Positions 20,011 to 28,649 of a stretch of 35,243 bases of DNA are shown in pieces. The stretch covers positions 1 to 35,243 of the IMG/VR virus record IMGVR_UViG_3300043932_000168; one strand, given 5' to 3'. Origin of the DNA: a virus. Its lineage: Duplodnaviria; Caudoviricetes. Under the pieces are notes generated by a model that saw only the letters and a program-made list of their open reading frames with translations, was not told the origin of the DNA and made no database searches. Position 1 is the first letter of the stretch, and each line of letters opens with the position of its first letter. Both the position numbers and the translations under genes were made by a program.

Positions 20011-20045
20011 GCAAGGCTATCTTTTAAAAGAGGCCTTGCTTTTTT
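20011..20045 (+). terminator. Hairpin with + strand T-tract (antisense-oriented terminator)
   Basis: GCAAGGC...GCCTTGC stem followed by T6. Confidence 0.5.
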
Positions 20046-20226
20046 ATTTACTAACACCAGCAGCTGTAATTTCAATAACTCTATGCAATTGACTAGCTCG
20101 GTAAGAATCCACCTCACTTTTGCTCAACTCTTGAATAATCTGATTAGTTAAAGCTAGTGCTATATTTTTATCAGCTATTCGATTATTCAGATCAACAATT
20201 TCAGCCAGCATCTTCTTTTTCTTCAT
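20044..20226 (-). CDS. Hypothetical protein
   Basis: ATGA overlap with upstream gene. Confidence 0.6.
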   Translation of the reverse strand: MKKKKMLAEIVDLNNRIADKNIALALTNQIIQELSKSEVDSYRASQLHRVIEITAAGVSK

Positions 20227-20474
20227 TGCCTGTCGCCATCGATCAATTCAGTCTGATTCGGATTGGCGTCTTCATCATCAGTATTTAATTCAGTTTGTTT
20301 TGGCGTGATGGTTAAACCAACCATGCTGTTAATTTGTGCCGCTAGTGCCACAATATTCGGCCCTAAAATAGGCGTGTCAACTTCAATACTAAGCTTAGTA
20401 ATTCCCTTATTTGTTGGGTGCACATCAGCCAATACCGCCGGAACCGCAATACTATTATCTTTTATTTCTGCCAT
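20223..20474 (-). CDS. Hypothetical protein
   Basis: AAGGAG RBS, operon packing. Confidence 0.7.
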   Translation of the reverse strand: MAEIKDNSIAVPAVLADVHPTNKGITKLSIEVDTPILGPNIVALAAQINSMVGLTITPKQTELNTDDEDANPNQTELIDGDRQ

Positions 20475-20492
20475 AATAAATCTCTCCTTAAA

Positions 20493-20738
20493 TTAAAATG
20501 GTAAAGTAATTTCGTTAACAACTTGATTAATTTCACGACTTGTCAACGACTCATAGGCGCGCCGTTCTTCGTGATGCATCTTGTCCGGATTGCTGTTGCA
20601 ATAAATAATTGTCCGAATAATATTTTCGTTATGGTCGGTAAAGATCCGTTCTAAATATTTTTCAAATACTTTTTGTTCGTGAGTAAAAATTTTAATCACC
20701 TCCTCAGTAATTAGTTGCTTTAATCCAATCATAATCAA
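20493..20738 (-). CDS. Hypothetical protein (start uncertain)
   Basis: Fills gap in operon; GGAGG near 20699-20703 suggests a later start. Confidence 0.55.
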   Translation of the reverse strand: MIMIGLKQLITEEVIKIFTHEQKVFEKYLERIFTDHNENIIRTIIYCNSNPDKMHHEERRAYESLTSREINQVVNEITLPF

Positions 20739-21171
20739 AGCCTGTACAAATCAGTGGATCATTTGTTTTACGTTTTTTTGTTACACACTGAGCGATTGAT
20801 TTAAAATCATTTCGTCGAACAACAACTGCTTCGACCGGAATTTTATATCGATGTGCAAACAGGTTAAAGCGTAGATTAGCTGCAGCATCGATTCCGTAAA
20901 CACCAAAAGAATTCTTAACGTCATAGACGTGACTCATTTTGCCAAATCGATCAAAAATCACAAAATCAGGTGTATAGGCAATTTGTCTAAACTTCACTTG
21001 GTCCGTTTGACTTGGTGCTTCTAAAACAAAACGCGGATGAACTTGGTATTCAAAATAACTATTTTTAACAAAACGTCTATAAAAATTAGCTTCTTTTTGA
21101 GAATCAAATTTAAAATCGTCTACGGTCACTTTACTGCCACGCTTATTTAGTGCTGTTGGTGCTTCTGCCAC
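20704..21171 (-). CDS. DUF1064-like PD-(D/E)xK nuclease
   Basis: FDSQKEA, YTPDF and DVK motifs. Confidence 0.75.
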   Translation of the reverse strand: MAEAPTALNKRGSKVTVDDFKFDSQKEANFYRRFVKNSYFEYQVHPRFVLEAPSQTDQVKFRQIAYTPDFVIFDRFGKMSHVYDVKNSFGVYGIDAAANLRFNLFAHRYKIPVEAVVVRRNDFKSIAQCVTKKRKTNDPLICTGFDYDWIKATNY

Positions 21172-21204
21172 TTAATCACTTCCTAAAAATTACTTTTTAT
21201 CAAC

Positions 21205-21864
21205 CTAATCCTTACCATCATAAAGGCTGTTACTTAGTGCATTGTCATCTAAAATAGGGATATCATGTAAAGCCTTAACTAGTTTGACTTTGGACTCTTT
21301 ACACAGTCCAAATCCGTATTTTGTGTACCGCAAACTGCGCTCAAATGTGGACACTGGAAAAGGCAAATTACTGATAACTAAGCGCTTTTGTTGTAAATGC
21401 TCAAAGAAATCTGGATGATATATGACCTTAAACTCTAAGATAGTGTCATCAAGTTCGGCTAAGACATCAGTGTCTCGGACTTCTTCTTTAATAGCTGACT
21501 GAGAGTAATAGGCAAACTGGGTAATCGTAAAGTCAAAATCGTTTAAAATATCCTCTGGAGTACCAAAGATACTTCGATTTAATTCAACTCGAACTTTCGT
21601 CTTACTGTTGTAGGCAGCAAACACTTTCTTGTTTTCATACGATTTTATCCATTCGCTCTTAGATGTGATATAGCCTTTATAGACATTTAAAGCATCGGCA
21701 AAGTCTGCCTGATTTCGAAAAAATATATCTAAGTCTTTGGCACGTTGCCCACTAAGAATATTTTTAAAGCAGCCGCCGGCAACAAAGCCTTTAATGCCAG
21801 CTAAGTACTGATCTAAGAACCATAATTCTCTGAAATTCGTAATGTCACCTTTTAAATATTTCAT
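21205..21864 (-). CDS. Nucleotidyltransferase, poly(A) polymerase/CCA-adding head-domain-like
   Basis: VAGG...KDLDIFF signature and DFDFT motif; AGGAGG RBS. Confidence 0.75.
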   Translation of the reverse strand: MKYLKGDITNFRELWFLDQYLAGIKGFVAGGCFKNILSGQRAKDLDIFFRNQADFADALNVYKGYITSKSEWIKSYENKKVFAAYNSKTKVRVELNRSIFGTPEDILNDFDFTITQFAYYSQSAIKEEVRDTDVLAELDDTILEFKVIYHPDFFEHLQQKRLVISNLPFPVSTFERSLRYTKYGFGLCKESKVKLVKALHDIPILDDNALSNSLYDGKD

Positions 21865-21882
21865 GCTAATTCCTCCTGAAAG

Positions 21883-22227
21883 TTAGCTTTTATTGTCAAT
21901 TTCGTACCCATCTAACCAGGCACGGGCAAACTCGTCTTGATGATCTGTAATCCAGCCACCGATCCGTTCTTCATCCTGCTTCGAATGCATAAAACCATCG
22001 CTCTCAAAATATAAAGCGTCTTGCAGTGGAGTGTTTTGCCCCTTACACCAAACAATAAACTCTGCGACACTTGCAGAAATCACCGGCAGATTATCTGGCA
22101 AGGCATTGTCATAACGTTTCTTGTACCCATCCAATGTTTCCCTAGGCCAGCCATTGAAGAACACCTGATAGCCAGCAAGACGGTTCCAAACCGCATCGAA
22201 CACGTCCCACTTCGTCTCATTGCTCAT
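21883..22227 (-). CDS. DUF1642-like protein
   Basis: PVISASVAEFI...FARAWLDGYEI. Confidence 0.75.
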   Translation of the reverse strand: MSNETKWDVFDAVWNRLAGYQVFFNGWPRETLDGYKKRYDNALPDNLPVISASVAEFIVWCKGQNTPLQDALYFESDGFMHSKQDEERIGGWITDHQDEFARAWLDGYEIDNKS

Positions 22228-22390
22228 CGTCAGTCACCTCCACAATAGTCATTGCTGGTGTCGTCCACCAATCGGGCATGTCATACGCTGCGTCCAAGAA
22301 GTTGTCGGCTTTATCGTAGGTGTCAAATGTCGCAATAACCTCGTGTGAAAACATATCTTGGCATTCATATTTCACGTTTTTATTCATCAT
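22217..22390 (-). CDS. Small hypothetical protein (57 aa), not in ORF track
   Basis: MMNKNVKYECQDMFSHEVIATF...EVTDDEQ; GGAGG RBS; overlaps both neighbours. Confidence 0.75.
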   Translation of the reverse strand: MMNKNVKYECQDMFSHEVIATFDTYDKADNFLDAAYDMPDWWTTPAMTIVEVTDDEQ

Positions 22391-22940
22391 CGTCAGTTAC
22401 CTCCAATAATTTCCATCCTTTACACGTTTTGTGCTGTCTCGCGTGATGCAAAGCGTCACTGATAAACCCAGTTGACGTTCCAATTACTGATGCAGCATGC
22501 CTCATAGAATTGAAAGTGACCTTACTTCCGCTTGGGCTTATCCCATAAAACGGCTTTCGCAATTTAGCAGCTGTACGTTCAATTCCATCTCCGTAGTGTC
22601 TGTTGTATAGCGGCGTGCAATATTCCAAATTTTCAACGTAATTGTTTTTTCGGTTCATATCTTTGTGGTTGACCCATAAATCAGACGGTCCAAAAAACGC
22701 CGATGCAACTAATCGGTTCACCCGGTATGCTTTGCGCTTGCCTTGCTTAGACAAAGCAACATACAAATATCCGCAGTTATTCTCATGTTGCTTCATCATT
22801 TTTCCTGCACGTCTCTCGGCACAAACTGATCCGGCTGCTGATTTCTGAATGATTGTTCGTGGCATAGATCTAACTCGTCCTTTGCTCGACACCTCATACC
22901 AGCCTTCAAATCCAACTACTGGTCTCCATTCCTCAGTCAT
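22380..22940 (-). CDS. NUMOD4-HNH homing endonuclease-like protein
   Basis: EEWRPV.GFEG.YEVSSKGRVRS (NUMOD4); VNHKD..RKNN.VENLEYCT (HNH); C-terminal NUMOD1-like HTH. Confidence 0.9.
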   Translation of the reverse strand: MTEEWRPVVGFEGWYEVSSKGRVRSMPRTIIQKSAAGSVCAERRAGKMMKQHENNCGYLYVALSKQGKRKAYRVNRLVASAFFGPSDLWVNHKDMNRKNNYVENLEYCTPLYNRHYGDGIERTAAKLRKPFYGISPSGSKVTFNSMRHAASVIGTSTGFISDALHHARQHKTCKGWKLLEVTDDDE

Positions 22941-23454
22941 CGCTATCACACCAGACTTTCTCACAGTCTTGCAAACCGTAATGCTCAATCTCATTTAGTG
23001 TGAATCGCTGGGCGGGTATCATATAGCCCTTGTTGGATAAATGTGCCCACGTCAGTGTTCCATCTTGCTCCTTCGTCCAATAGTGCTTATCGTCACCACT
23101 CCACTTTTGTGGCACCTTGACGTTGTATTTCTTCTCCTTTTCCATAGTGTAGCCGTTTACGTAAGCGTTCATCAACAATTCTTCGTCATTAGATTTGCTA
23201 GAAATATAGTAAGCCGGATACTTATCGTTATGCGCACCTTTTACGATTTTGGCTTGTTCCTTGGTTAGGACTACCTTTTCAGGTTCGACTAGCTCAACCA
23301 CGTGGGCTTTGCGGCCCATGCTTTGAGCCTCCGCATAGCTCTTATCCTTGAATAATGTGGGGTTATTGGAGTACCAAATTTCCGTTTGCGTGCCGTCTAA
23401 TGACATCCATTCGCCTTCATCGTTCTTTACCACGTACAATTTTTCTTCGCTCAT
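22933..23454 (-). CDS. DUF1642-like protein
   Basis: EKVVLTKEQA...LMNAYVNGYTMEKEKKY.V; GGAGG RBS. Confidence 0.65.
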   Translation of the reverse strand: MSEEKLYVVKNDEGEWMSLDGTQTEIWYSNNPTLFKDKSYAEAQSMGRKAHVVELVEPEKVVLTKEQAKIVKGAHNDKYPAYYISSKSNDEELLMNAYVNGYTMEKEKKYNVKVPQKWSGDDKHYWTKEQDGTLTWAHLSNKGYMIPAQRFTLNEIEHYGLQDCEKVWCDSDD

Positions 23455-23563
23455 TTTTCTTCCTCCAGTAGTTCCGGGTTAGTGTGCACGTTACCAACTA
23501 CAATATCTTGTGCAATATTTATTTTTGGCTTTAATTTTTTTATCCAGCTCTAAACTTAATCAT
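23451..23563 (-). pseudogene. YopX-family remnant (frameshifted and internally deleted)
   Basis: N-terminal MIKFRA/W broken by a 1-nt frameshift and joined to C-terminal VVGNVHTNPELLEEEK*. Confidence 0.7.
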
Positions 23564-23792
23564 CGCCATCATCGTCCCAGCCAATCGGCTCAACAATGAT
23601 CGATTTCTTTGATTTTCTCTGTTGGCTATCTACCCGGCTTCGGCGGACACCTGTGGCATACCACAAGATGGTTGCGACTTTTAAACCAGTCTCAGTAGCT
23701 AGCTCGTCTGCAGTCCCGTCACAAATATAAACATCACCCCGATAGAGTGCATAGATGCGCTTGTGTTTCCCTCTAGAAACCACCCGGATCAT
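23556..23792 (-). CDS. Small HTH-like protein
   Basis: YALYRGD...GTADELA..TGLKVATI pattern. Confidence 0.65.
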   Translation of the reverse strand: MIRVVSRGKHKRIYALYRGDVYICDGTADELATETGLKVATILWYATGVRRSRVDSQQRKSKKSIIVEPIGWDDDGDD

Positions 23793-24154
23793 CTCCCTAA
23801 ATTAATTATTTTATTCCTCTTTCTGATCTTTTTGCCCTGAATCCAGGTGCCAACATCATGCTCTGACCACTCGCCGCGCGCCACCAGATAACGGCTCTTG
23901 ATTGGTGCACCAAGTTTAAGCTGCTGAGAAACAGCTGATCTCGTTACCTTTAATAAGTTAGCTAATTCAGTCATATTTTGAGTATATCGACTACGATGCG
24001 TATATTGATCCGTAACACGGTACAAATAGACCATCTCATCTGCTGACAGTTCACGATTGAGTAGTAATAAACGCGGATCATCATCAGGCGCGTTCATCAC
24101 ACTGCCATAATGGTCCTCAAGTTGTCTGATTAATTTCAATTCACGTTCTTTCAT
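23789..24154 (-). CDS. Hypothetical protein with possible HTH
   Basis: TELANLLKVTRSAVSQ; GAGGTG RBS. Confidence 0.65.
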   Translation of the reverse strand: MKERELKLIRQLEDHYGSVMNAPDDDPRLLLLNRELSADEMVYLYRVTDQYTHRSRYTQNMTELANLLKVTRSAVSQQLKLGAPIKSRYLVARGEWSEHDVGTWIQGKKIRKRNKIINLGR

Positions 24155-24158
24155 GCTT

Positions 24159-24383
24159 TCACCTCAAATCATCATGCAAATCCTGCAAGTGTCGCTTCTC
24201 TGTGGTCCAGTCAACAAAAGGCTGGCGTTTAACCTGGTTAGCTTGGATTTTAACCAGTGCACTATCACGTTCAACGGACTTGTTGCATTCAGGGCACGGT
24301 GCCGTCACCAACACGCCTAACATTGTCTGATAGGTAATCACTTTTTCACCGTGGCACACTTCACATTCATTCATTGTTAACAT
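24159..24383 (-). CDS. Small zinc-ribbon protein
   Basis: CEVC and CPEC pairs; GGAGG RBS before ATG 24383. Confidence 0.65.
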   Translation of the reverse strand: MLTMNECEVCHGEKVITYQTMLGVLVTAPCPECNKSVERDSALVKIQANQVKRQPFVDWTTEKRHLQDLHDDLR

Positions 24384-24675
24384 TCCAAACACCCTCCATT
24401 TCTTCAATGGATAAAATCACAAAACCGTCTTTTAAAAATTTTTTCTCGTTAGCTCCACGCCCGAATACATCCAACACTTTAACTAGTGACCAGCTGTTAC
24501 CGTATTTGTCTCTTTTTTTATCAAATTCACGAAGCATCAACATGTCGTTAACTTGAAAATTACGGTCATCATTACGGATTTCAAATAGTTTGTTACCACA
24601 CTGAACACGTCTTAAATATCCTATTTCAATTTTCAATTCGTGAATAACAGGCTGCTCTGCATTAATTCGTTCCAT
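24367..24675 (-). CDS. ASCH/PUA-fold protein (DUF3850-like)
   Basis: HELKI...GNKLFEIR.DDRNFQVND.L.LREF...GFVILSI. Confidence 0.8.
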   Translation of the reverse strand: MERINAEQPVIHELKIEIGYLRRVQCGNKLFEIRNDDRNFQVNDMLMLREFDKKRDKYGNSWSLVKVLDVFGRGANEKKFLKDGFVILSIEEMEGVWNVNNE

Positions 24676-24702
24676 TTAAAACACTACCTTTCTAAATTAT
24701 TA

Positions 24703-25536
24703 TCAGGCGATACCTTTGCGGTGATCCTGCACGCCTGCCATAGCAAAAGTTGTGTCAGCGCCATGCATCTGCATGCGACTGACTGTACGATCGCCATAGT
24801 GCTGTTTTAGCTCCGCGGTATTTAAGTTGGTCGTGGTGATCACCGTTTTATCTTCGCGTAGTCGCCAGAATTTATCTGCCAGTGATTTGTCAAAATCGGT
24901 ACCGCGTTCGGCGCCCAAATCATCTAAAATAACTACATCGGCTTTGCCAAATTCTTTGATCAATTGATCGCCATATTTTTGCACGTCGCCACTATTTTCG
25001 TGCATCCCGTTCTTAATTGTGTCCAACAACTCACGCCAATCGAGGAAACAGACTTTAGCAGCATAGTTAGTCCGTTTCAAAATTAGGTAGGCGGCAGCCA
25101 TAGCTAAGTGAGTTTTACCAGTTCCGGTTGCCCCCATGAAAGTCACATGAACGGCCTTTCCGGACACGATCTTGTCTGTCACTTTATGTGCAAACTCATA
25201 GGCACGCCTTTCGGGTTCCGTATTCCGCTGATAATTGCTAAAGGTGCACTTAAAGACTTTCTCGTTTGATACGATTGAATTGAGCCGCAGATAATTTTTC
25301 GCCTTAGCTTTTTTAGCAGCAATGGTTGCGTCTAAATCGCTCATAGTAGTTGACTTAGCAATTTTTTCAGCATATCCACAGTTGGGACACGTGGGCGGGC
25401 ACCTTAACCCACCTTCACGATTAGGGTTCTTCCATACCATCAGCTGCCCCTCACATTGTGGGCACTTGCCAACCGGCTTCAAAAACTTGCTCATAACACT
25501 GTTAACGGCGTCTCCTAGCGATTGCATTCCTTCCAT
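24703..25536 (-). CDS. DnaC/IstB-like AAA+ helicase loader
   Basis: Walker A GATGTGKT, Walker B ILDDLGAE, TTNL, and N-terminal Zn-finger. Confidence 0.92.
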   Translation of the reverse strand: MEGMQSLGDAVNSVMSKFLKPVGKCPQCEGQLMVWKNPNREGGLRCPPTCPNCGYAEKIAKSTTMSDLDATIAAKKAKAKNYLRLNSIVSNEKVFKCTFSNYQRNTEPERRAYEFAHKVTDKIVSGKAVHVTFMGATGTGKTHLAMAAAYLILKRTNYAAKVCFLDWRELLDTIKNGMHENSGDVQKYGDQLIKEFGKADVVILDDLGAERGTDFDKSLADKFWRLREDKTVITTTNLNTAELKQHYGDRTVSRMQMHGADTTFAMAGVQDHRKGIA

Positions 25537-25553
25537 TCCGTGTCTCCTCCCTG

Positions 25554-26354
25554 TCACCACTTGGCGTCTTCGTCTGTAAAATCATGATTACGATAGACGT
25601 CCGGTGACGATTTGCTGCTTGACTTACGGCTTTGCCGATTAGCGTTGTGTTTAGCTTGAGCGGCATCGATTGCCTCAATGCTATGCAAACCGTGCTGATC
25701 CCAGTCCTTAAGAATTGCTTTGGCATAGCCCCAATTAGTCTTACCTCGTTCGACAGCAATCTGTAATGATTTCACGATGATGGCACTGGCTTCTTGTTCA
25801 GAAGCCCCTGCCTGCTGGAAATCACCGATCCACTGATTCATATCTTCGCCGACAAAGCCGCTGATCATTCCGAAGCCATTTTGTTGATAGAAATCAAACG
25901 GGTCCGTAGTAGTAGTATTCTTATCCTTCTTTTCATTCTTATCCTTCTTGTATGTGGACAGATGCTGGACACTTGATGGACGACCGCTGGACAGCTGTTG
26001 GACACCCTCCTGATACTCGCCCCAGTTTTTTATTGTTATAACACTGTATTTCGTGGTCGAAGCGATGGACAACATTTCACTACTTTCAAATTTTTTTATC
26101 CATCTCCATAACGTACGGCTGACAATCAGCTGGCCACGTTTGACCCCAGCGTTGTACTCAGATGCCAGTGCGTCGCGGCCTGTGACAAATTGACCGCTGG
26201 ACACGTTCACTTCTTCCCCATTAAAAACAAATCGTCGTTCTTCATGACTTGCCTTCATCAGACAGAGCAACCATAACTTAAGTTGATTTGCATCTGACCA
26301 TACGAAGGAAGTCATGATTTTTCGGTAGAGCTTAATCCAACCTCCGTCGGCCAT
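25554..26354 (-). CDS. Replication initiator with DnaD-like C-terminal domain
   Basis: GWIKLYRKI N-terminus; GYAKAILKDW DnaD motif; internal iterons. Confidence 0.9.
   Translation of the reverse strand: MADGGWIKLYRKIMTSFVWSDANQLKLWLLCLMKASHEERRFVFNGEEVNVSSGQFVTGRDALASEYNAGVKRGQLIVSRTLWRWIKKFESSEMLSIASTTKYSVITIKNWGEYQEGVQQLSSGRPSSVQHLSTYKKDKNEKKDKNTTTTDPFDFYQQNGFGMISGFVGEDMNQWIGDFQQAGASEQEASAIIVKSLQIAVERGKTNWGYAKAILKDWDQHGLHSIEAIDAAQAKHNANRQSRKSSSKSSPDVYRNHDFTDEDAKW
25917..26004. repeat. Putative replication origin: five TGGAC(A/G) iterons at 11-bp period plus 2x ATTCTTATCCTTCTT
   Basis: Hexamers start at 25955, 25966, 25977, 25988 and 25999; 15-bp repeats start at 25917 and 25935. Confidence 0.8.
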
Positions 26355-26365
26355 TTAGCTCACCT

Positions 26366-27277
26366 CTACTTAATTCCTTCTTTTGCCAAAAAATCTGCTG
26401 CCGCATCTGCTTGCTTGGCCATATCAGTTTGTGGTTCGTCAGGTTCTTCCGACCCAGCACCGCTATCTGTCTCATCCGCATCAATTTTCTTAGCGTCAGA
26501 TTCAGTTTGTAAATTCCAATCACCATCACCATCGTCGGCGACCGACTGAGTAGTTTCATCCTTTGAAACAGCGGTTTGCATATCAATCGACAAAATTCCC
26601 CACTTAGAAAGTAAATTTCGAATTACCGTCTTGGTGGCCATTGCGTCATAGTTGTCTTTCCAAACACCAGTCAAAGCTTTCGGCGTACGAGATTTATTAA
26701 ATTTAATCCGGTGGGCTTCCATTTCGTCTTTAGTCCAATAAACAGTCTTCTGGAAGCCGTTTGTTAACTCGAAGTAACCTAGATAGCCGACAACGTTGTC
26801 GGAGACTCGATCACCACGATCATAGGTTTCAGTCAGCCGATCCCAGTTCTGGATTTCGCCTTCGTAGACCTCGGTAGCGTTAATGCGTTTGTATTGCCCA
26901 GTACGTAATGCCAGCTGGATATAGCCTTTATAGCCTAATTGGAATTGTGCAAATTTCTGGAAGCCACGGTTGCGATCTTTAAATGGTACGACCCAGGCGT
27001 AACCAAGATTCTGGTCAATTGGTAGATCAAGTGTTGCTGCAACCAGTGCCGATGAAATGACCGAAGTCTGATCAACATCCTGCAATTGTTGACTGCTGTT
27101 TACTAAGTTAGTGATTGATGCCATAAATTGCGGTGCTTTATCGTGCAAAACTTCTTCAAAACGGTGCTTGATAGTCTCACTTTTCATTAGATGCTTGATC
27201 TGTAAAACACCGGCAGGAACATTGCTCCGCTGTGATGCTTGAGTCATTTGTTTTTGTAAACTACTGTTAGTTGCCAT
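26366..27277 (-). CDS. recT: RecT-family single-strand annealing protein
   Basis: LGYAWVVPF, AQFQLGYKGYIQLALRTGQY and AMATKTVIR motifs. Confidence 0.93.
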   Translation of the reverse strand: MATNSSLQKQMTQASQRSNVPAGVLQIKHLMKSETIKHRFEEVLHDKAPQFMASITNLVNSSQQLQDVDQTSVISSALVAATLDLPIDQNLGYAWVVPFKDRNRGFQKFAQFQLGYKGYIQLALRTGQYKRINATEVYEGEIQNWDRLTETYDRGDRVSDNVVGYLGYFELTNGFQKTVYWTKDEMEAHRIKFNKSRTPKALTGVWKDNYDAMATKTVIRNLLSKWGILSIDMQTAVSKDETTQSVADDGDGDWNLQTESDAKKIDADETDSGAGSEEPDEPQTDMAKQADAAADFLAKEGIK

Positions 27278-27280
27278 AAA

Positions 27281-28153
27281 TTAGTCCTCCTTGATTCTTA
27301 AAACGCGAGTACCGCGCTTATTTTCTTTTAATGTGATGTGATATTTACCAATGTTCGCCGTATCACCGTCTTGCATGGCGGCACGCACCTCGTTATCTAC
27401 TAAGCTGACTTGCTCTTTCCACCCATTAGATTCCTCTTTAGCCTCTGAGCGCTTTGCCAGTAATCGTTCAAAGCTCTGCGGAAGAACGACTTCTTTGGGT
27501 TCACCATGCGGGTAAAGTGCTTGTAAAGTTCGCTTTGTAGAATCAGTACCGTCAACTACTGGTGGCTCGCCAGCAATAACGTGTCTCTGCCACCAGACAA
27601 CTAACCGTTGCTGCACGTCATCGATAAGGGTTTGATCACGTTCCACTTTTTTGATGATAAAATGATGACCCCCAATTAGTGCGGCAAAGTAGCAATATGG
27701 CCGATCAAGAACATTCATATAATGCTGAACCTGCAGCAGATAAGGTGCTGGTACTTCTTCATCAACCCACTCACTGGATTTATATTCCATCGCTGTTTTA
27801 ATCTCTAAGAAGCCTGGTTCGCCGGCAATATCGCGATCAATGTTCGCCCGGAGGAAATCATATTTCGGGTGGCAGTAGGTCTTGTTTTGGCGGTAGACTT
27901 TTTTGCCTGTTTCCGCCGCAAACTCGTTGGCCAGAATCGGCTCCATAATATCGCCCCAATGAGTAAACTCGTTGCCATTATCGCTAACTGGCAGTTGACC
28001 GGTCTTGTCCGCCCAGACCTGGTACGGTGACCGCCATGGTGACATCCCTAGAATGGCAGCTACGTCGGACCCGCCAATACCTCCGCGGCGGTTCTCAAGC
28101 CATTGCTCGCGGGTAAAACCGCGGGTCGAAATAATATGTTGACTCATAGTCAC
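27281..28153 (-). CDS. YqaJ-like (lambda Exo family) exonuclease
   Basis: WL..RR.GIGGSD, ANID, LEIKT and QVQHYM motifs. Confidence 0.93.
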   Translation of the reverse strand: MTMSQHIISTRGFTREQWLENRRGGIGGSDVAAILGMSPWRSPYQVWADKTGQLPVSDNGNEFTHWGDIMEPILANEFAAETGKKVYRQNKTYCHPKYDFLRANIDRDIAGEPGFLEIKTAMEYKSSEWVDEEVPAPYLLQVQHYMNVLDRPYCYFAALIGGHHFIIKKVERDQTLIDDVQQRLVVWWQRHVIAGEPPVVDGTDSTKRTLQALYPHGEPKEVVLPQSFERLLAKRSEAKEESNGWKEQVSLVDNEVRAAMQDGDTANIGKYHITLKENKRGTRVLRIKED

Positions 28154-28344
28154 GCCTCAATTGCGCCAGATGCTAATAGATAATCCATTGCGTCTTGCGG
28201 TTTAAAATAAGTTTCGTCGAAACTGTAATAGTCCTCGCCCTCGTAGATCGGCTCACCTTTATAATCGTAAACAGCTACTGTCTGTTCCGGTGGTGTCATC
28301 CGATTGCGCTCGTTTTGATTAATAAAATTGTCATGATATGCCAT
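28150..28344 (-). CDS. Hypothetical protein
   Basis: AGGAGG RBS; GTGA overlap with next gene. Confidence 0.7.
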   Translation of the reverse strand: MAYHDNFINQNERNRMTPPEQTVAVYDYKGEPIYEGEDYYSFDETYFKPQDAMDYLLASGAIEA

Positions 28345-28356
28345 GCAAATCCCTCC

Positions 28357-28446
28357 TTATAAAAATAATAAATAAGCAATTAACGCCCAAAACATAGCGA
28401 CTAAAGCAACAACGGCCGACAAGCCCCAGTTAAATGTGTCCTTCAT
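28357..28446 (-). CDS. 29-aa single-TM peptide, not in ORF track
   Basis: MKDTFNWGLSAVVALVAMFWALIAYLLFL*; GGAGG RBS; fills operon gap. Confidence 0.6.
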   Translation of the reverse strand: MKDTFNWGLSAVVALVAMFWALIAYLLFL

Positions 28447-28645
28447 GTGATCCCTCCCGGATGGCTTTTATTTCCGCTTTCCGCATTGCCTCTAATACTT
28501 TGTAGTAGGCAATCAGCTCACCCTCAGCCTTGTTAAATTCGGCGAACGCTCGAAAATCTTTTAGATCATTGAGATGTCGATCAAGCCAGTAATGCGATTG
28601 TCCATTTGTTTCATCGATTAATTTTTCAATTTCTTCATAGTTCAT
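28430..28645 (-). CDS. Hypothetical protein
   Basis: ATG 28645 (MNYEEIEK) with GGGGGTGA RBS. Confidence 0.7.
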   Translation of the reverse strand: MNYEEIEKLIDETNGQSHYWLDRHLNDLKDFRAFAEFNKAEGELIAYYKVLEAMRKAEIKAIREGSHEGHI

Positions 28646-28649
28646 TAAT

